Assembly: GCA_977018835.1 (NCBI GenBank)
Contig: OZ361256.1
Location: 6,820,001 to 6,884,000, forward strand
From: Minutocellus sp. GHC0000111
Taxonomy: Eukaryota
DNA: 64,000 nt
Direction of reading: 5' to 3'
A program made the position numbers and the translations under genes. Below are positions 33,296 through 43,323 of this stretch, piece by piece. Each line of letters starts with the position of its first letter. The stretch's first letter is position 1. A model generated the notes under the pieces. The model was given only the letters and a program-made list of their open reading frames with translations. It did no database searches and was not told where the DNA came from.

Positions 33296-33922
33296 CTAGG
33301 TACGTTGGTGTTCCTCCATGCGGTGGACAGCCGAACGACCATGTGCTTCAAGCCTTCCCATGGCCGCGGGGCCTTCACCGCTTAGGTGACACACCGTCAT
33401 CAACCACCGCATCGACATTATGCTGCTCTCAAGGCACGACGATCGTGCGGAGTAACTTGGATCCAGCGCGCGGCGGTCGCGGTGCACCCTGGCCAGCCAT
33501 TCCACTTTCTTCGAGAGGGTACCACCGTTTGCGATCATCAGCATGCGATTAAAATCAAACTCATGCATAATACCCTTGGCCTCGCCAAGACTCTGCGGAA
33601 GCGACCACGGGCCTATTTCGTCTCCGCTACTCTGGGGGATCTGGCCACGCGCTGCCTTCATGGCGAGGAAGGAGGAGAGCAAAGCCCGAATCACGTGCTG
33701 ATCTTGGTAGAACTGTCGGTCGTTGTACAACTCCGCGGCAACTGGTTGATAAACGACCGGAATCTCGCGAACGATGCACCCAGGGCCGAAAGACGACAGG
33801 CCGCCGGGAATCTCCTTATTTTGCACAACCACATACGAAGAGTCTGGGTCACCCTCGAAGTACACAGCGAAATATCGAAGTTCGCATTTGCCCCCACCTC
33901 GCAAGACGTTGGTCGGTTCCAT
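33296..33922 (-). CDS. Hypothetical protein with N-terminal LRGG
   Basis: 208-aa ORF beginning MEPTNVLRGGGK. Confidence 0.4.
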   Translation of the reverse strand: MEPTNVLRGGGKCELRYFAVYFEGDPDSSYVVVQNKEIPGGLSSFGPGCIVREIPVVYQPVAAELYNDRQFYQDQHVIRALLSSFLAMKAARGQIPQSSGDEIGPWSLPQSLGEAKGIMHEFDFNRMLMIANGGTLSKKVEWLARVHRDRRALDPSYSARSSCLESSIMSMRWLMTVCHLSGEGPAAMGRLEAHGRSAVHRMEEHQRT

Positions 33923-34938
33923 TCTTCCCTAATTTGCTTCTTCCCTCTCTCTCTCTCACACACACACACGAGTCCCTTGGAAGATATACCAGCCGGACAA
34001 AAAGAGAAGGTCCGTATCGCGTATTGCAACAAGACGACAATGTGTATCGTATCCAATAAATTCAGGAGATGTCAATGATGTCGGCCTTTTGTTGAGTGGC
34101 GATTCTGAAGACAAATAAACGGGGCCTCGCCGTCCGATCCGTTCCCATTCTTTCTCTCTTTCGATGGCTTATTCCCAGTTCTGACTTTTGACACAAAAGT
34201 GATTCCAATTTCGACCTGAGACCATTTCTCTCTGGAACCACAATTGTAGTCGTCCGACAAGAAATTTCTACCGCGCGCATATATCGTGCTGAAGGCGGGG
34301 TGGTGGTGAACATTTCAAAAATGCTTGCGGCCCGCAAACATCCCAACGGGGGTGCTCCTGTCCCCTGTGACCTTGACTCCCCCAGGGCGGAACCCAAAGC
34401 GAATACCAAGAGATCTGGCGAGATGTGCATGTAGTGACACACGAAGGTGCATGTAAGCCAGACTCGTCTTCTTTCTCATGCCCGTATGCACTTTGGTAGT
34501 CTAATAGAACAGAATAGAATGTACTGACCGAAGACTTGTTTGATGATTTCACTTGGGGTGTTGTTGAAGGAAGCGAATCGAGGAAACCTAAGCAATTCAA
34601 ATGAATGTGTTGAGACAATTTCGAGCAAAATCTAGTCAGATAAATAACATCAGTTATCACGTTCTCTTCATCATCGTTCATCTCGCCTGCTGACTGTTGA
34701 CCCCTCTGGTCTGTCGGCGTTGGGCATGTCATGCTCACTGGAAGACTAACTTCATCCGTCTCATCTGTTGACTCAAACAAACCGATTAGAGAACAAATAA
34801 TACGGATGACCAGTACGTGCCATTCATCACCTGCTGTATTCCAACATATTTTCATCCCCCAAGGTCCAAGGCCTGTTTCCACTCCTTCTGTTTCCCGATC
34901 AGCTCCAAGTCGTGGTATTTGCCACCCCCACCTGCAAC

Positions 34939-35810
34939 ATGGATCTGGTCCAAATCCCCTCCATCCTTTGTCGCATCGCCACCGCTTTCGAGGCCAGACT
35001 TCGCATGGGGGTGAACGGAATGCATCTCGTCCACTACTTCGTCAGCATGCTGGTGAGCAACCCCAATCACAAGTATGGCAGGGAGCGCCTATTCCAGGAG
35101 CTTTTCCCGGAGGCGAATCACTCTCTGGTTCGGTACGATCTGGGCGCCGAAACCGCGTCGCATCTCTGTCGTCCGGCGTCGTACTATACCAACCGCATGT
35201 CCGGGAAGGTCTTGACGACGACGAGGATCGAGCTCGACGCCCTGAGGTGCACCCACCCCCAACGGCACTATGGCCTCCTCGACGAGATCGTCGAGCCCCA
35301 CGTTGGCAGCATCCACTGGAGGCTGGAGAATCCCGGCGGCGTTCCGCTGCTTTGCTTGGATCGCGACTATGTTCTCGCCCACGACGGCAACGGAGACAGA
35401 GCGTCTCTTCCGATGTCGGTGTACGAGAATCTCCTCGGCATTCGCGTCCATTCAACGACCAACATCGGGGAGTACTCTGCGCGCATATGACCCATTTTCG
35501 TGATCACCAACACAGCCTTTACCACATCAAACACCTTCTCCTCAGCCTCCATCCCGAGATGTCGTACTACGGATTGCATTGCAACAAAGCCCGATTCGTG
35601 GACAAGATGCCCAAGGAGCTGGCCGAGGAAAAGCTCAACTCGACGGAATTTATGTTCTCGTTCTTCAGAGGTCACGACTACGATTTCTACGAAGGCATCC
35701 TGGAGATGGTCGATTCCATCCCACCCCCTTCGATGCCCCAGGACTTGCGGGAATATTTTCCGCACCGAGTCGGGACCGGTGGCACTGATCAACAGTTGCG
35801 GCAACTGTGA
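34939..35810 (+). CDS. Hypothetical protein, probably two exons
   Basis: Frame MDLVQIPSIL... to about 35470, then a second frame (MSYYGLHCNK...) to 35810; splice sites not firmly resolved. Confidence 0.35.
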
Positions 35811-35924
35811 TGCTCCACCATGTTACTTTGCTAACATCACCAATGAGCAGCTGCCAATGAATAAAAATAAACAAGTGTTGAGACCATTGTTGAGACTGCT
35901 AAAAAAACAGAGAGAAGCCGAAAG

Positions 35925-36006
35925 CGACACCGGTAGGATTCGAACCTACGCATCACAAGGATATTCGATTTCTAGTCGAACGCCTTAACCGCTCGGCCAC
36001 GGTGTC
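35925..36006 (-). tRNA. tRNA-Ser(AGA)
   Basis: Reverse complement GACACCGTGGCCGAGCGGTTAAGGCGTTCGACTAGAAATCGAA...GGTTCGAATCCTACCGGTGTCG. It has a 7-bp acceptor stem, A and B boxes, AGA anticodon, long variable arm, G discriminator and a downstream oligo-T. Confidence 0.95.
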
Positions 36007-36290
36007 TTCTCGTCTTCACAACGTGGAGTTCCGTCAAAAAATATATAATCTAAGCGGCACTACTGGTACTGCCGCTCATGCGGGTACTACCGATGCATCT
36101 ACAATCGGCACTTCTTTGGTTGGTAATACCACTAAGGACAACACCGAGGGTAACGATGATGATATAAATGCATTGCTCAAAGAAATAGAGGAGGAAGATG
36201 AGGAGGATGAAGAATCCGGAACAAATATAGGATCCACTACACAAGCATAAGATAGATCTATGTTCGTGCCTACCCTGTGGCTCATAAATA

Positions 36291-36850
36291 TATATGTTAG
36301 TCCCAAAATGCGCACTGTCCCAGTTCGCGAACTGGGATCCCAGTTTGCGAACTGGGATTTATTTATCCCAGTTTGGAAACTGGGATCACAGGCACAATCT
36401 CAGTTTGCAAACTGGGATCGATCGAGAAATAATGAATATTTTGCAAGGATGATATCGCCTTCGCTTCTCCTCGCTTCATTTTTTAATTTGCAAATTCAAG
36501 ATGTGATGCACAGTGCAACTTGTATTGTAGATAGATCTACCAGTACATGTACAAAATAGTCGTTGTGCATGAGCCAACACCGGCGCGGCAGTGACCATTC
36601 TGGCACTTGCCGAGAACACCAGTTTCCAAACTGGTATTTATTATTGTTCCAGTTCGCGAACTCGTCTGGTTCCCATATTCGGATTAGCTTATTTATCTCA
36701 GTTTACATTCTGGTAGTATCAGTGCGCAAACTGGGATCCTAGTTTGGGAACTGGGGCCCAGTGCGCAAACTGGGATAAATGAATCTCAGTTCGCAAACTG
36801 GGATCCCAGTTCGCGAACTGGGACAGTGCGCATTTTGGGACTAACATATA
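36291..36850. mobile_element. Non-autonomous TIR element (MITE), 560 bp
   Basis: tatatgttagtcccaaaatgcgcactgtcccagttcgcgaactggg... is mirrored at the right end (about 64 bp perfect, about 95 bp imperfect). TA/TATA ends; many internal cccagttNgcNaactggg palindromes. Confidence 0.9.
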
Positions 36851-36877
36851 GATCTAGCAGAGGTCAAATTTTATAAT

Positions 36878-37720
36878 CTAGCTGTCAAGGTCCCAATATT
36901 GATCGTTCCTATTCTTTTTGTGGACTGGTTGGAAGTAGTCACCGGATTTCCTCTTCGCCCCACCACTGTTGGCTTTCGAATTCACCCGAAACAAGTGGGT
37001 GTCAATTGCAGAATTCGACTTTGCACTGGCCTGGCGGCACGCATCGATAGTGGGATTTACATTTCCAGAGCGAAACATAGAAAAATGATGCTCACAAACA
37101 TCAGATCCGCTCCTTTGCTGATACATGACCCGAGACTTGTCCTCTTTGAGGTAGGTGAGGGCTACTCCAACGATGCCAAATATTGTCCAGCAAAGGTCCT
37201 CAAACGTCTCCTTCGTAATAAATTGATCGGTAAATCCGCCACATTCGACTCTCCACTCCTCAAGATACACCGCCGTATCAAGTAGCTCTCGGACGTGCTT
37301 GTGCGAAGGAGCGTCGATGGGTTCGCACCCCTTGTGTCGACTTCCGTTCATTCGGGTGCAATTTACAATATCAATAAACCGATCCATCTTTTCAAGGAGC
37401 TCGGCAAGAGGAGCATAAAGATCTTTGCCGCCGATGCCGGGCTTCTCACAGTTATCGTTGATAATTTCGATGGAATCCAAGCTAGTAATTTGGACGGAAA
37501 GGGGGACATTGAGACGAGAATAGGAATCTTTGAGGAAGTGCTGAATTCGCTTCCGGTACTTTCGCAAACTCCCAGTAGTGATGAGGTTGTCGCCGCTAGC
37601 TTCCCAGCATCTTCGGATCATTTGCAGGCTCAGCTTCTTCCCATTCTTTCGTAGATTTCGAGAGTTATTCTTCCAACCAGATTTTTCGAGGGTATTCACC
37701 AGCTTCTTGATGCAGTGAGC
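36878..37720 (-). pseudogene. 5'-truncated P-element/THAP9-like transposase
   Basis: AHCIKKLVNTL (remnant of the DxxH-LxK region) and QQRSGSDVCEHHFSMFRSGNVNPT (QDxxExxF...R...NP catalytic-Glu region). Confidence 0.6.
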
Positions 37721-38317
37721 CGAGACCAGGGCACGGACAACACTGAAGACGGCGTCAACGTTGGCTGAGGTGATGTCAGATCATCGCCGGGGACGGACGA
37801 CTGCACCGGACGAAGATGAGGGACAACAACGGCGGGCCGCCGGAGGCTTGGGCATGAGAAGATACGGAGGGCGGCGAAGAGCCAGATTTCAAGAATTCGG
37901 CAAAAATACTTCCGATCAAATAGGAACGACCGCCGCGGTGATTTGGTATCGAAGAAAGGTGGAACCGTCAGGGATCGAGGACCGTGATATCAAATTCGAC
38001 CTCCATGGTCTCATGGTTGGGTCCTACTTTGGCGGGTTGGGAAACCGGCACAAGTTTTTCTGCGCGTAGCGTCTGGTACAAAGTGAATGTACACTACCAA
38101 CGTATTTTGGGATTCGTTCGACTAAAATGTACGAGGTTCTTTAAAAAAGAGCTCGCAAAATCCGAGGTCATCGTCGCGGCCGTTTCCCAACCCGTTGCTT
38201 CGCATGCTGTCAGCCAACGCAACAAGCAACAAGCATGATGATGAAGCATGACAGCACACGGCGGCACACGACGACCGCCCCCACGCCACAACCATCACAT
38301 CATGCCCCACCCCCACC

Positions 38318-39220
38318 ATGACCACGACCACCACTTACCAGCACATTGTCGTCTCAAGGCCAGATGACAGTCCCGGTGTTGCGGTGGTGTCGCTCAACCG
38401 ACCCAGAAAGCGTAACGCGATCAACTCAAAAATGTGGAAGGAAGTCGGGCACGTCTTCTCGGAGGTGACCTATTCCTCCGACGACATTCGATGCATTGCC
38501 CTTGTGGGCAGTGGCAATGCCTTCTGTGCTGGCATCGACCTTTCCGATCCATCGTTTGGCTTAATGGACGCTGGAAGTGCTGATGTGGACGATGGTGACG
38601 AGGAAAATGGCAATAGCAGTAGCAACGATGTCGCACGGAAGGCATTTCGCTTTCGACCCCAGATACTGGAGATGCAGAGGGCATTTACGGCTTTGGAGGC
38701 CTGTCCTGTCCCGGTGGTTGCCATCATCCAGGGATTTTGCATTGGTGGAGGTGTCGACTTGATAACTGCAGCCGATGTGCGCATATGTTCGCCCAATGCC
38801 GTGTTCAGCGTCAGGGAGGCGCGATTGGGGTTGGCTGCTGACGTTGGGACTCTGCAGAGGCTGCCGAAGATTGTGGGTCACAACTCACGAATACGGGAGC
38901 TTGTTTTCACGGGTGAAGATTTTGGATCGACCGAGGCAGCTCGGATTGGTCTGGTGAGCAGAATATCCACGTCAAATGAATCACTGGTACGAGAGGGCTT
39001 GGACATTGCCCGACGCATCGCCTCCAACTCTCCCGTCGCAGTTCGTGGAAGCAAATTGTCTTTGAATTATTCTCGAGACCATTCTGTCGCCGATGGCCTT
39101 GAGCTCATCGCTACTCATAACGCTGCTGCTCTCATCACAGACGACCTAATGAATTCTTTCGCTGGCAAGGATGGAGATCCGACTCGATTTTCGCCCATGG
39201 GCCCTTCCTCGCGCTTGTAA
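38318..39220 (+). CDS. ECH1: Peroxisomal delta(3,5)-delta(2,4)-dienoyl-CoA isomerase (crotonase family)
   Basis: LNRPRKRNA, AFCAGIDL, GFCIGGGVDLITAADVR, GLAADVGTLQRLP; C-terminal PTS1 SRL. Confidence 0.9.
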   Translation: MTTTTTYQHIVVSRPDDSPGVAVVSLNRPRKRNAINSKMWKEVGHVFSEVTYSSDDIRCIALVGSGNAFCAGIDLSDPSFGLMDAGSADVDDGDEENGNSSSNDVARKAFRFRPQILEMQRAFTALEACPVPVVAIIQGFCIGGGVDLITAADVRICSPNAVFSVREARLGLAADVGTLQRLPKIVGHNSRIRELVFTGEDFGSTEAARIGLVSRISTSNESLVREGLDIARRIASNSPVAVRGSKLSLNYSRDHSVADGLELIATHNAAALITDDLMNSFAGKDGDPTRFSPMGPSSRL

Positions 39221-39350
39221 AACATTCTTTTAGCGATAATCCTTTGATACTTGAAGCAAGGATATTTCATACACACGTATATCTCTAGTTATCGTGCTTT
39301 GCATTTACGCCAACTCATTATAATTAAGAAAATTGAAGACATTCTTTAGT

Positions 39351-41417
39351 TCAAATACCGAGCCCAGCAAGTTCTTCTCGTAGCTTCTCCTCGCTGTCAA
39401 TCTTGGCCTTTTGATCGTCGTTCAAGCTACCAGCATCCTTTGTCTTCAATTCGTCGATCTGTTTCAGTAGCTTCTTGATCTTCTTTGCTCGCTTTTCAGG
39501 ATCAGCGGGCGCGGCGCTCTTGGCGGCTTCTTCCTCCGCCTTTTTCTTGGCCTCCTCCTCGGCCTTGAGCCGCTCGGCTTCGGCGGCACGCTCCTTGGCC
39601 TGACGTTGCCGTTCCCTCCGAAGGGCGTTCTTGGATTTGCCGGCGGGCTCTTCTGCGGCCATGCCAACGGGTGCCTTCTTTTTACTAGCCGCGCCGGACA
39701 TTCCTGGCACACCGGACTTGACCTTCACTGCTCCCGAGGTGTTGCCCTCTCGCTCCTTCCGCATGCGCTCGGCAAGGCTCATACCACCACCGGCACGTCG
39801 AGCGGCGGGAGGGACGTATCGACCAGCAGGAGGAACATACGCACCGGCAGGAGCACCTGCTGGCTTGGACGCAGCCGCGGCACCACCTTCCGCGTCAGCA
39901 GATTCTCCTGCCGGTCTCTTTCGTGGCGGGGTCTGCGGTCGATCTGGATACACTCCGTCCGGCGCAGGGACGAATTCTGCGGCCAGGAGCTGATCAGGCA
40001 TGAAGACGTCGTTGTTCCAGCTCAAGAGCGAGGAATCGCCCGTCACCTCCAGGCCATTGTACTTGTACAACCGAACGCCGTTATCGACATTCATCCGAGG
40101 TGTGGTGGTACTGACCAGAAAGTAACGAGAAGAGGGACTCCAACCATATCCCACAGCGCAGGAGGCGGTATTTCCAGTTGTTCCTAGAACAGCACCAGTC
40201 GACGGATTGTACTGAGGAATTTTCTTCAGCTTGTTCCGATCCCAAAAGTCCATACCGCCCGCAAGGTTTCCAAAGCCACCAAGGGCGAGGAAGCGTCCGT
40301 GTTCGCTCCAAATGATGGTGTTGCGATGGGCATTGCCAAAGAGGAAGGTCGGCTCGGCACTGCTGCCATTGTGGAGGGAAGACATGGCGGGCATCTTACC
40401 ACTGATGACAGCGAATGTCGGAGGTTTGGAGGCATTGGGCATCCAACCCACTTCAACGACGGGGCCACTGCCATTTCCAGGGAGAGGGACGTTGGTGGCC
40501 TCCCCTTCGCCCTTGCCACGGCCGTCGTCACCAGTGACCAGAAAGAGATTGCTGGATCCGTAGTAGGATTCTCCAGAAGCATCGACCGTTGTATGCGTAA
40601 GGATGAGGGCCGAATCACCGCGAGGACTCCACTTGACCGTGCACTCTTCGGCCTGGTAGAACGATTTGCTCGCGGGTGCCGTGCCACTGCCGGCGTTCTC
40701 GGCACCGAGCTTGTCCGGATAACGCAGAAGTGCGATACGAGCTGGCTTTCCCTTGGTTTCCGGCACGAAGGTGCTGAGCAGATACTTGCCCGGCGGTGGC
40801 GATGTGGGACACTCCACTGAGCACTTGGACGGCAGATCAAAGCTGCTAATGCCGCTGCATCGGATCTTGCTGCTGTATCGAACCTCGTCCTTGCCAAAGC
40901 CATGACCGTCGTAGACATGCAATTCGTTCGTCACCATGTGGAGGGCAAACTTCTCGTCGTGAGTCCACTTGACCGCCGGCCACGATTCTCGCTTGAGATT
41001 CTTGAGCAAAAATCCATGCAGGTACTTGCCATCGGCCGCAGACCAAATTTTGAGGTTGGGCGGAGGCGCCTCTCCGTCGGCGGATGGCTTGGCCGCACGT
41101 TCCCACGTGACGATGTAGCTGCCATTGGTCGAATGGGTGAGCATCTGCACCCCTTCGCTGTTCGCGAGGAAGGCAACGTCCGAGGTTGGCGCGGGGGACT
41201 TGAGGTCGCACCTAATCACGCCGACGGAGGGCTTGTGGATAAGAACGCTCGACCCATCAGGATTGAAGCTGTGGAGGGTGGTGAGACCAGACGCAAGAGA
41301 GATGCCACTTGGGTTGGACGGAGTTGGGGGCACCGAGTGCAGCTGAACGCCCTTCTTGCTGCGAAAGAGGATCTGGCAAGGCGGATCTGACGCCTTTTTA
41401 GCATCGTCGCCGCTCAT
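39351..41417 (-). CDS. EIF2A: Eukaryotic translation initiation factor 2A
   Basis: SKSFYQAE, VDASGESYYG, GGFGNLAG.MDFWD, TTTPRMNVDNG, AYVPP and a C-terminal KKIKKLLKQIDELK coiled coil. Confidence 0.95.
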   Translation of the reverse strand: MSGDDAKKASDPPCQILFRSKKGVQLHSVPPTPSNPSGISLASGLTTLHSFNPDGSSVLIHKPSVGVIRCDLKSPAPTSDVAFLANSEGVQMLTHSTNGSYIVTWERAAKPSADGEAPPPNLKIWSAADGKYLHGFLLKNLKRESWPAVKWTHDEKFALHMVTNELHVYDGHGFGKDEVRYSSKIRCSGISSFDLPSKCSVECPTSPPPGKYLLSTFVPETKGKPARIALLRYPDKLGAENAGSGTAPASKSFYQAEECTVKWSPRGDSALILTHTTVDASGESYYGSSNLFLVTGDDGRGKGEGEATNVPLPGNGSGPVVEVGWMPNASKPPTFAVISGKMPAMSSLHNGSSAEPTFLFGNAHRNTIIWSEHGRFLALGGFGNLAGGMDFWDRNKLKKIPQYNPSTGAVLGTTGNTASCAVGYGWSPSSRYFLVSTTTPRMNVDNGVRLYKYNGLEVTGDSSLLSWNNDVFMPDQLLAAEFVPAPDGVYPDRPQTPPRKRPAGESADAEGGAAAASKPAGAPAGAYVPPAGRYVPPAARRAGGGMSLAERMRKEREGNTSGAVKVKSGVPGMSGAASKKKAPVGMAAEEPAGKSKNALRRERQRQAKERAAEAERLKAEEEAKKKAEEEAAKSAAPADPEKRAKKIKKLLKQIDELKTKDAGSLNDDQKAKIDSEEKLREELAGLGI

Positions 41418-41878
41418 TGTTGCCAAATTGGTACTGGTATTGTATGGAGGCAGTGATCGGACGATATTTGTGGGTACCACACGGTGGGGATGAGCTGGCG
41501 ACGGGGTTAGCAGCAGGCACTAAAACTGCATTCCTGTAGTGCCCAGTTTTTCTGCTGACCACCACCTTCGCCTCCTCTCGTCTCAACTGACCAAGCCACA
41601 ACCATCTGCGATTGCTGCCGTTGCAATTGCTAAGTCAGCTTACAGTACCGGCTCCCAGAGCCTGTCTCTCTCTCTCTCTCTCAGTAGTTAGTTAGTTTTA
41701 GCATTAGGTTGGTGCTACTCTACGAGTTCGTAATTGTTATTGGCCGACGACACACCACACCACCACACTGCTGTTAGTCCAGAGACCGCAGTCGACTCCG
41801 GAGTCAAACGGCCACGGCTCAGCTCCGTTGATAGTGCACGTAGATCCGACACCAGTCTCTACGACGGCAGAACAGTGC

Positions 41879-43307
41879 ATGGCCGAACCAGATCGACCGG
41901 AACTGGATCACGTGTTGTTCGGAGTGGCAAGAGACTTCATCGTCCGAGGAGACTCTCCTGACCTTCCACAAGGCTGGGACAGACTCAGACGTCAGATTCG
42001 GCCCGGGCGCAGAAGTTTCTTCACAGCCAGGGCGTCTTCCGAGAGACTGACCACAGACGCACTGGATTGGTGGAAAAGTTTTGCCGAGGGCCGAATCGAC
42101 GTTACCGAGTACCTCACCGATCTCGTCGAGCGCGCCACAGGCTACCTCCCATCGAGAGCCACGGGGCACCAGCCATCCCCAGCAGCAGCCGTTTCACACC
42201 TTACTCCAGTAGCGCACGGTCTGGTCGCCGAGTACCTCGAGCAACAAGCCTTCTTGGTGTCACCGGACTGGCCCACGTACCTCGTCAACATCTGGCTGAT
42301 AGCCACGCGCCTTGCTTACCGAGCCTGAGATCCGCCGGGCACACGAGACGGCAACTGAGTTGGACCTGAGCAGTGCACTGTGCCGACTACCACGGGCAGA
42401 CGGAGGCGTCGTGGTTCAACAGTATCGGGGGCGAAGGTGTCCGGAGGCATCGGTAGCAGCAGCGCGGCAACACCATTGCATCTGGCCCCAGCTCTGCCGG
42501 CTCACGCAGTGCATCCTCCACCACCAGGCCGACCGAAAAGAAAGACGGCGCATCGCGGCCAGAGAGGGCAGACCTCTAGAGCCGACACCGTGCGCTTGCA
42601 TAGGTTCACGGGGGAGCGAGCTTCCACCAACGCTGCCGCTCACTTATTTCGAGTGGGAGGTAAGGTCACTCTTCTACCCACGTGACGCACACGACCGAAC
42701 CGAGCGGGCTGGCGTCAGTGTGGCATTGGAGCGAGGAGATCTCATCGGCCCTTTCGCCCTGATCACCCAGTTCCCGCTGGATTCGCCGCACCCGTTCCAG
42801 AGACGGCAGCACCTACGACCGGACCAACTCACTGAAGCTATCATCAACTGGGACAGTGGATTCGAGAGCCTCACCAGCGCTCGACTCCGACACACTCGGC
42901 CTGACAGCAATCCTCTTGGACACCGAGTGGAGGTCAACCCGTACGAATGCTGGGGAAGGCTGGCAGACCTAACGGCGTCCCCCTCACACCGCTGGGTAGG
43001 CACCTGCCATCGAGTCTATCCGAGGTGGCTAGACGATGCGGCCGATCCAAATCGCTGGGAGGGTGCCCACTACCGCGTCTGGCCAAGAGCATCAATTCAC
43101 CGGCGCCCCGACGATCTCGAGGCACCTGTCCGCCTGCGAGATATCACCGCCGATATTTTGGTATCAGAGCCACCGCGTCAGGCATTCAACATCCTTCTAT
43201 CCGCCTTTGGAGAGCCCGACATCGCCGACCGCATCCTCACCCTCACGGCCGATCTGAACCACATCCAGCGCCGAGAGGACCGACGCCGAAGGCGACAGGC
43301 AAGGTGA
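41879..43307 (+). pseudogene. Frameshifted orphan ORF at the 5' end of the DIRS-like element
   Basis: ORFs 41828-42328 and 42312-43307 abut, with a frame change near 42320. Confidence 0.4.
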
Positions 43308-43323
43308 TCGAGCATTGATCACC

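Noticed and set aside
1..37800. Endogenous giant virus or Polinton
   Set aside because: No recognisable capsid, packaging ATPase, PolB or retroviral integrase; genes are host-like with spliceosomal introns. The orphan ORFs cannot fully exclude it.
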